From assembly GCA_963718915.1 (NCBI GenBank), contig CAVRAI010000003.1, forward strand, positions 878,536 to 910,535: 32,000 nucleotides of DNA. The letters are read 5' to 3'. The notes beneath the pieces are model-generated. The model made no database searches. It was not told the origin of the DNA and saw nothing but the letters and a program-made list of their open reading frames with translations. Positions 26,466 through 32,000 of the stretch are shown one piece after another. The position numbers and the translations under genes are program-made. Origin of the DNA: an uncultured Chloroflexia bacterium (GTDB lineage Bacteria; Chloroflexota; Ktedonobacteria; Ktedonobacterales; JADMIN01). Each line of letters starts with the position of its first letter. Positions within the stretch are counted from its first letter, which is position 1.

Positions 26466-26723
26466 ATGCGCGCTCAACTTATGGACAGACCGATACAAAC
26501 AGCACGGCGCCAGGTTGCGCCCATGCCTGAGAACGAGTGGCGCGATGCGCGGTCGCGCCGTTGGCAAGCGAAGGCAAGCGCTCACTACCACGCGACCGTG
26601 GGCGACATGTCCCGGCAGATGCGGCGGCGCCTCGCCAGACGGCTGTTTGAGGTGACCGGAGCTATGCCAGCAATAGTCGTAGATTCCGACGCAGGTGGGC
26701 GATGGCGATGGTTGATGGGGTGA
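26466..26723 (+). CDS. Hypothetical basic protein (85 aa)
   Basis: The ORF has the RBS AGAGGGGAAG. Its C-terminus overlaps the next ORF by 22 nt. It may be the N-terminal part of one frameshifted gene. Confidence 0.35.
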   Translation: MRAQLMDRPIQTARRQVAPMPENEWRDARSRRWQAKASAHYHATVGDMSRQMRRRLARRLFEVTGAMPAIVVDSDAGGRWRWLMG

Positions 26724-26902
26724 TGTTCCTCTTGCGTGGCAATGATCTGGTCGTCCTGCGACATTGCGCGCATTGCCAGAGTGGCCGCTTCGAGAGCGCC
26801 TCAATCATGAATCAGGACGACCTGGGGTATGCGCTTGCCGCGTGGCAGCCTTATCACCCTGAATGCGCGCCGACGGATCCGCCTGACGACATCAGCTGGT
26901 GA
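26702..26902 (+). CDS. Hypothetical cysteine-containing protein (66 aa; CAHC....C)
   Basis: The ORF reads MAMVDGVMFLLRGNDLVVLRHCAHCQSGRFES...WQPYHPEC. Its coding look is plausible, but no family was recognised. Confidence 0.4.
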   Translation: MAMVDGVMFLLRGNDLVVLRHCAHCQSGRFESASIMNQDDLGYALAAWQPYHPECAPTDPPDDISW

Positions 26903-27111
26903 ACCGGCGGCTTATGTGCTCGCAACGGAGCAGCCCATCGAACGTTCAGGCGCACATCCGCAGAAACGCCCAGTGCGAAATACCCGCGTCGCAATACCAG
27001 TTTTAGCGCATGCGACTGGCACACCGTCGATGACATAGTGTTCTCGACAGAGTGAGTCAGTCCATATAGGCGTCGTCAGAAGCCAACACTGCAACACCGG
27101 AGATACACACA

Positions 27112-28533
27112 ATGCAGACCAGAAGCACATCTGCCAGCGCCACGGCTGGCGTTCCAGCACGTGAAGAGATCGCGGCGCTTGCGAGCCAACTGCAAGGCCA
27201 GGTGGTGACGCCCGGCGACGCGAATTTCGAGGAGGCTCGGCGCGTCCATTGGGTATCCAGTGCGGCGCCCGCCCTGGTGGTTCGAGCCGCTTCGACATCA
27301 GATGTGGCGGCCACCGTCAACTTTGCCCGCGAGCATTCGCTGGAACTGGCGGTGCGCAGCGGCGGCCACAGTCTCGCGTACTACGGCATCGTCGAGGGCG
27401 GCGTCGTACTTGATCTCTCCCTCATGAAGACTATCGAACTTGACATCAAAACGCGGATCGCGCGATTGGGCGCGGGCCTCACCTGGGGCGAGGTCGCGGC
27501 GGCGCTGCATCCGCATGGTCTGGGACTCTCTTCCGGTGATAACGCAACCGTCGGAGTGGGTGGCCTGGGGACCGGTGGCGGCATCGGCTGGTTCGCGCGC
27601 AAATATGGCCTGACAATAGACCATATACGCTCGATAGAAGTCGTGACGGCGGATGGTCAGGTGGTGACAGCCAGCGCGACCGAGCACCCCGACCTGTTCT
27701 GGGCGATGCGCGGCGGCGGCGGCAACTTCGGCATCGCCACCTCCTTCGAGGTTGAGACGCACCCTGCTGGGATGGTCTATGGCGGCGCGATCTTCTACGA
27801 TGCCCGTGAGGCGGCGACCGTCTTGCCCGCCTACGCGCGCTATGCCGCTACGGCGCCCGACGAACTGACCACGATGGCGCTGGTGATGGCCGCCCCGCCC
27901 GCGCCCTTCATCCCGCCTGACTTGCAGGGCAAACCCGTCGTCGGGCTTGCGGTCGTTTATTGCGGCGACTTCGAGGAAGGCAACCGGGTTGTGGATCCGC
28001 TGCGCAAGCTCGGTACGCCACTCGTCGATATTGTCGGCCCCATGCCCTATCCAGCGATCTTCCAGTTCACGGATGATGCGTCAGTGTATGGCATCCGGCA
28101 ATATACGCGCTCGGTGATGGTTGATTCGGTGGATGACGCGCTGTTGAGCGCGCTGCTCACCAGTGGCGCCACCGATTTGCCATCAGAGCATGCGCTGTTC
28201 CAGGTGCGCATCCTTGGCGGCGCGGTGAAACGTGGCGACGCCAGTGGCGCTGCCTTCGCCCAGCGTGACAGGGGCGCTTTAGTGTTGGCAGTGGTCTATG
28301 GCTACGATGAGGCGGATACCGAGCGCCACGTGGTGTGGTCGGGACGCCTGTACGAGGCGATGCGGCCCTTTGGGACGGGCGCCTATCTCGGCTTCATGAT
28401 GGAGGATGGCCAGGAGCGCATTGGCGAGGTCTATCCGCCCGCGACGCTGGAACGGCTGCGCCAGGTGAAGCGGCGCTATGACCCAACCAACTTCTTCCAC
28501 CATAATCTCAATATCGAGCCTGCGGCGGAGTAG
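27112..28533 (+). CDS. FAD-binding oxidoreductase (PCMH-type FAD domain with BBE/berberine-bridge-like C-terminus)
   Basis: VRSGGHS, GGGIGW..RKYGL..D....IEVVTADG, LFWA.RGGGGNFGI, and the C-terminal YDP.N.F..N.NI.P. Confidence 0.9.
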   Translation: MQTRSTSASATAGVPAREEIAALASQLQGQVVTPGDANFEEARRVHWVSSAAPALVVRAASTSDVAATVNFAREHSLELAVRSGGHSLAYYGIVEGGVVLDLSLMKTIELDIKTRIARLGAGLTWGEVAAALHPHGLGLSSGDNATVGVGGLGTGGGIGWFARKYGLTIDHIRSIEVVTADGQVVTASATEHPDLFWAMRGGGGNFGIATSFEVETHPAGMVYGGAIFYDAREAATVLPAYARYAATAPDELTTMALVMAAPPAPFIPPDLQGKPVVGLAVVYCGDFEEGNRVVDPLRKLGTPLVDIVGPMPYPAIFQFTDDASVYGIRQYTRSVMVDSVDDALLSALLTSGATDLPSEHALFQVRILGGAVKRGDASGAAFAQRDRGALVLAVVYGYDEADTERHVVWSGRLYEAMRPFGTGAYLGFMMEDGQERIGEVYPPATLERLRQVKRRYDPTNFFHHNLNIEPAAE

Positions 28534-28545
28534 TGGTTAGCCACG

Positions 28546-28585
28546 GACCTCTCCCCCTAGCCCCCTCCCCTAAAAGGGAGGGGGA
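28546..28585. repeat. Second copy of the GC-tract hairpin element (CCCCCTCCC-ctaaaa-GGGAGGGGG)
   Basis: GACCTCTCCCCCTAGCCCCCTCCCC...GGGAGGGGGA aligns by eye with 21693-21730. It again begins about 10 nt after a plus-strand stop codon. Confidence 0.55.
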
Positions 28586-28880
28586 ACCAGAATGAGGGAG
28601 CATTACAAGCCATCTCAAAGTTGTTTCTTGACGCTCTCCGAGCCAGACCTGAAGCTGATCTAGTTTGCTTGCGCCACTCGTAAATGCTACCATCACCCTC
28701 CAGAGCGATAACGAAGAAACCAGGCCACTTCGTTGCCTGGCGTGCTCAATGAATGCCCCGCCACCCGTTGCACGTAGCCACACGGCGCTACTCGTAAATC
28801 TTGCCACCTCACAACCAATCTGGTATGCTTCTCGGCACAACACCTAGCAGATTTAGTAGGTGCCGATTTAGGAGGCGACC

Positions 28881-29007
28881 ATGCGCACCGAAGCCTAGCG
28901 GGAATATATCGGCCGCGCCTTTCACCTCGAAAGCCAAATGTTTGCGTCACATTGCCTACGACCTGGGCACCAGCCGTGATACGTTCGGCAAAACATTGCC
29001 AAATTAG
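28881..29007 (+). pseudogene. Decayed helix-turn-helix (transposase/regulator N-terminus-like) gene remnant
   Basis: AGGAGG-N6-ATG, then MRTEA, an in-frame TAG, REYIGRAFHLES, a frame change, and ...LRHIAYDLGTSRDTFGKTLPN*. Only about 40 codons remain. Confidence 0.3.
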
Positions 29008-29042
29008 CATGGTGTGAGACGAGTCGCGAAAGTGGGAAGACG

Positions 29043-29058
29043 ATGTTACAGACTAAGT
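29043..29058 (+). pseudogene. Severed 5' end (ATG TTA CAG ACT AAG T) of the zinc-knuckle membrane-protein gene that resumes at 30994
   Basis: Joining 29043-29058 to 30994 onward gives the in-frame sequence MLQTKCPNCRGYKVSS... A GGGAAG RBS-like element lies upstream. ACTAAGT (29052-29058) recurs at 30987-30993. Confidence 0.6.
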
Positions 29059-29059
29059 A

Positions 29060-29992
29060 ACTATCTCAAAAGGGACAAGCGATGGAGGCGGCGAAACCAC
29101 AGCAGCGCGCAGGCCAGTTGGAGCAGCCCCCGAAAATTGGCGGCGTACTTGTCGTAGCGGATGAGCAGCGCGCGGCACTTCGAGAGCCAGGCCAGCGTGC
29201 GCTCCACGACCCAGCGACGTGCCGGGAACCGCTTCTCACCCGTGGCCAGATCGAGCTTCTCCTTGCCGATGCGGCGCAGGTGCGGGATGTAGTGGTGGCT
29301 TGCCACCGCCGCGGCGCCGGTCGGATTGTCATAGCCCAGATCCAAACACAGATGCTGTGGCCGCTCCCGGGTCGGATGAGGCCGCGCCACCACAACTGCC
29401 TCCAGCGTCGCCGCGAGCAGCTTGGTATCATGGACATTGGCACCAGCGATCACGACCGCCAGTGGGCCGCCAGCCGCCTCGACCAGCAGGCTGCGCTTCA
29501 CTCCGCGTTTGCCGCGATCGGTGGGATTGCGGCCAATGAGGTCCCCCCCAGCCGGGCCTTGCCCAGCATGGCATCTGCCGCTTGCCACTCCCAGTCCACC
29601 CCACCCAACTCGGCACAGTGGTCCACCAGCGTGGCCCAGATGCACTCGAAAAAGCCCAGACGCACCCAGCGCTGGAAGGTGCGATGGACTGAGCTATCAT
29701 CAGGGAACCGCTCCGGCAACTGGTTCCACTGGCAGCCGCTGCGCAGCCGAAAGATGATTGCATCCAGCGTCCGCCGCGCATCCACGCGTGGTCGGCCCGT
29801 CGCCTGCGGCGGATCAAGCCTCGCCAGGATTGGGGCAATCACATCCCATAACTCATCGGAGACGGTCCAGATCGTCGCCATGGCGTTCCAATCGGGCCGG
29901 ACCTTGCGTGGTCGCCCCATCCCTCACCTCCTGCCTGATCATCACTCCCTTCCACAGCACAGTCTACCGCACCTGACAGCGTTCTGAGATAG
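29060..29992 (-). mobile_element. IS5-family insertion sequence (IS427-like two-ORF type), 933 bp, flanked by a TA duplication
   Basis: The terminal inverted repeats are ACTATCTCA[A/G]AA at both ends. TA occurs at 29058-29059 and 29993-29994. It encodes an orfA/orfB transposase. Confidence 0.85.
29061..29920 (-). CDS. IS5-family transposase, orfA (29498-29920) and orfB (29061-29645), joined by a -1 frameshift at a G7 run
   Basis: OrfA is DUF4096-like (LTDELW..I.P.L...GRPR.D.R..L.AI.F.LR.GC.W..LP). OrfB has a DDE-type C-terminus (RWVVERTLAWLSKCRALLIRYDK). The overlapping frames differ by -1. The C7 run on the plus strand is at 29543-29549. Confidence 0.85.
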
Positions 29993-29993
29993 T

Positions 29994-30986
29994 TAACGTG
30001 AATCTTGGATAAGCGAAATGCCTTCAGCAAGGATATGATGCGGTTTACGACAACCCGTCAGACCCTGATTGGAGGCATTGTTCATGAGTATACTCGACCT
30101 GTTCTCCTCGGTGGATGCGTTTTGGCAGCACTTCGAGCCGTGGTGGGAGCAGCAACAGGTGGCTGCCGGTCGCCAGCGCCGTCGTGCGACGCGGCTGCAT
30201 CCCAGCGAGATCATGACCATCCTGATCCTGTTCCAGCAGTCCGGCTACCGGACCTTTAAAGGGTACTACACCGACTACGTCCAGCGTCATCTGCATGCGG
30301 AGTTCCCGCAGTTGGTGAGCTACACGCGCTTCGTCGCCCTGATGCCGCGGGTCGTGATCCCCCTGGCCGTCTATCTCCACACCCAGCTCGGCGCCTGTAC
30401 GGGCATCAGCTTCGTCGACGCCACCGCCCTGAGCGTCTGCCGCCCTCAGCGCATTCATCAGCACAAGGTCTTTCGCACCGATGCGCGGCGTGGCAAGACG
30501 ACGCTGGGCTGGTTCTACGGCTTCAAGCTGCACCTGGTCGTCAACGACCGCGGCGAACTGCTGGCCTTCTGCCTCACGCCGGGCAATGTCGACGACCGTC
30601 GTCCCGTCCCGCGTTTGGTGCGCCGCCTCTTCGGCAAGCTCTTCGGCGACAAGGGCTACATCTCCCAAGCGCTCGCCGAGCAGCTCTTGGTTGAACACGG
30701 CCTGCAGCTTGTCACCAAAGCTCCGCAAGAACATGCGTCACCAGCTGCTGACGCTCCGTGACAAGCTGCTGCTGCGCAAGCGGGCGATCATCGAGAGCGT
30801 CAACGATCAACTCAAGAACATCTGTCAGATTGAGCATACCCGCCACCGCAGCCCCTACAACTTCCTCGCCCACCTGCTGGCGGGCTTGGTCGCCTACTGC
30901 CATCTGCCCAAGAAGCCGTCATTGCATCTCGACCGTGACCTGCTCGCCTTGCCGACGGCATAGCTTATCCGAGATTCACGTTGGTT
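29994..30986 (+). mobile_element. IS982-family insertion sequence, flanked by the 7-bp duplication ACTAAGT (the left copy now lies across the IS5 element)
   Basis: The inverted repeats are ACGTGAATCT[T/C]GGATAAGC at 29996-30014 and 30963-30981. The right end carries 4-5 extra nt before the duplication. The size and the AC... termini fit my recollection of IS982. Confidence 0.8.
30084..30963 (+). pseudogene. IS982-family transposase with a 1-nt frameshift near 30716-30721
   Basis: Motifs are [39 protein letters not shown], and GDKGYIS...LVTK | [41 protein letters not shown]. The span is 880 nt, which is 3n+1. Changing AAA to AA at 30717-30719 would restore the frame. Confidence 0.85.
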
Positions 30987-31409
30987 ACTAAGTGTCCTAA
31001 CTGTCGTGGGTACAAAGTGTCATCGGAGGTCGTTGACGAGTATACAACTGGCCATAGCCCAGGGTATAGGTTTGCAGAGTGGGTGCCTATGGGGTGGCTA
31101 TTCTTGATACCCATAATCGCTATCGCGCTTGGACTTTTGGTCGGGACAATTGACGGCCATGGAACGGGTGGGGCTATATGTGGACCTTTCGAACAGTGCC
31201 CAGGTAATCCATATCAACCCTCGGGGCTGTATTACTTTTTGATCGATGGTGCCGTGATTTTGCTCGTAATCTGGGCGTTATTGTGCTTCATCATTCTACC
31301 AATCTTAAGGTGGGACGATGCAAACGACAGAAAGCTCCATACACGAGCCGTAGGCATGAGCTACACGTGTGACATTTGTGGCTATCAGTGGACAGTTCGT
31401 AACAGATAG
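30981..31409 (+). CDS. Zinc-knuckle / 2-TM / zinc-knuckle small membrane protein, 5'-disrupted by the IS insertions
   Basis: The track ORF starts at a TTG inside the IS982 terminus. The sequence has KCPNC near the N-terminus, two hydrophobic helices, and YTCDICGYQW at the C-terminus. The native start is inferred at 29043. Confidence 0.6.
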   Translation: MVTKCPNCRGYKVSSEVVDEYTTGHSPGYRFAEWVPMGWLFLIPIIAIALGLLVGTIDGHGTGGAICGPFEQCPGNPYQPSGLYYFLIDGAVILLVIWALLCFIILPILRWDDANDRKLHTRAVGMSYTCDICGYQWTVRNR

Positions 31410-31735
31410 CAACAGCGGAAAGGGCTGTCTGGCGGTGTGAACTAGCGCCTAATTGAGTTGGGTGAAGATCTCCAGCGGTGACAGAATCAGTAGTGCTCTT
31501 CCAAACAGTTGCCTGTTGCCCTTGCCTTATATTTCGATTGATTCCGTTTAAGACTCAGTCGAAGTATTGGTGAGTTGTGAGTCGGTGACGCTTCTGAGTG
31601 GCATGCGCTCAATTAGCTGGGCTTTGTCTATCTCGCCCGTATCCTCATACTGCTTTGTCAACATTTAAGAGATAGCTTGTAGCCGCAGCATTTATGCCGC
31701 GAGGTTGCTAATCATGTGCCTTGCTGGGCGCGTCT

Positions 31736-32000
31736 CTATATCGGCTGAAACGGATGATATGGTGGGGATGGTAGCTCGACGGTGATTGTGTCGTCGGGAC
31801 GCACCACGCCGCCAGTGATGACGATGGCCATCACACCGGCCTTGCGAATGAGATTGCCCTCGGCGTCACGATCCAGCACCGCCGCCATCAGCCCGCGCTG
31901 GATGCTTTCCAGTTGCGAGCAGGGGTTGCGCAGGCCGGTGATCTCGATGATCGCCTCATCGCCCAGCCGCAGCCGCGCGCCGGTAGGCAGATCGAGCAGA
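31736..32000 (-). CDS. MOSC-domain protein, C-terminal part (continues past the window end)
   Basis: My hand translation of the minus strand reads ...LGDEAIIEITGLRNPCSQLESIQRGLMAAVLDRDAEGNLIRKAGVMAIVITGGVVRPDDTITVELP...*. The stop is at 31736-31738. It is absent from the ORF track because it runs off the edge. Confidence 0.75.
   Translation of the reverse strand, partial: LLDLPTGARLRLGDEAIIEITGLRNPCSQLESIQRGLMAAVLDRDAEGNLIRKAGVMAIVITGGVVRPDDTITVELPSPPYHPFQPI

Noticed and set aside
28508-28843. 111-aa minus-strand ORF across the oxidase 3' end and the hairpin repeat
   Set aside because: It reads through the GC-tract repeat (GEGARGRG...) and overlaps the end of the FAD oxidase gene. Its composition does not look coding. 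The region is better explained as decayed remnants.
31453-31625. 9-bp inverted match CTAATTGAG / CTCAATTAG separated by about 160 bp in the AT-richer spacer after the zinc-knuckle gene
   Set aside because: A 9-bp match at that distance is within chance expectation. There are no flanking duplications or coding content to suggest a MITE.

Overview
High-GC bacterial chromosomal segment. The GC-rich hairpin repeats and codon style suggest Chloroflexota or another high-GC lineage, but the taxon cannot be fixed from sequence alone. No rRNA, tRNA or CRISPR was seen.

Layout:
- 1-5.9 kb: housekeeping and accessory enzymes. These are a partial HisKA_3 sensor kinase, a GNAT, folE, a PaaI thioesterase, an SDR, an M24 aminopeptidase and a membrane protein.
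- 6.0-7.6 kb: two toxin-antitoxin modules, DUF433/DUF5615 and antitoxin/PIN. The PIN module is bracketed by a 109-bp direct repeat that duplicates the 3' end of the neighbouring kdpD-N gene.
- 7.6-14.7 kb, minus strand: a Kdp K+-pump operon. Gene order is orphan receiver, small peptide, kdpF, kdpA, kdpB, kdpC, hypothetical, then a KdpD N-terminal/Usp gene.
- 14.8-17.6 kb: a visibly more AT-rich islet (judged by eye, not computed). It holds a small protein + HNH endonuclease pair, a nucleotidyltransferase, and MarR + SRPBCC.
- 17.7-20.2 kb: the other half of KdpD (TM-GAF-HisKA-HATPase) with kdpE.
- 20.5-28.5 kb: a PQQ-propeller lipoprotein, azlCD, a membrane protein, HxlR/DoxX, a LuxR regulator, two small overlapping ORFs and a BBE-type FAD oxidase.
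- 28.6-31.4 kb: decayed HTH remnants, then a nested insertion. An IS5-family element sits at the edge of an IS982-family element, which in turn sits in codon 5-6 of a small zinc-knuckle membrane-protein gene.
- 31.7-32.0 kb: a partial MOSC gene.

Three genes (kdpA, the kdpD kinase half and the IS982 transposase) each carry one surplus nucleotide. A fourth locus (26.7 kb) may lack one nucleotide. Record quality versus genuine decay cannot be separated from this sequence.

I did not find a clear-cut, self-evident new multi-gene system. The best candidates for follow-up are:
- the repeat-bracketed TA cassette;
- the split-KdpD locus with its receiver and peptide leader genes and KdpE-box-like repeats;
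- the HNH/nucleotidyltransferase islet;
- the LuxR, small-ORF and oxidase cluster.
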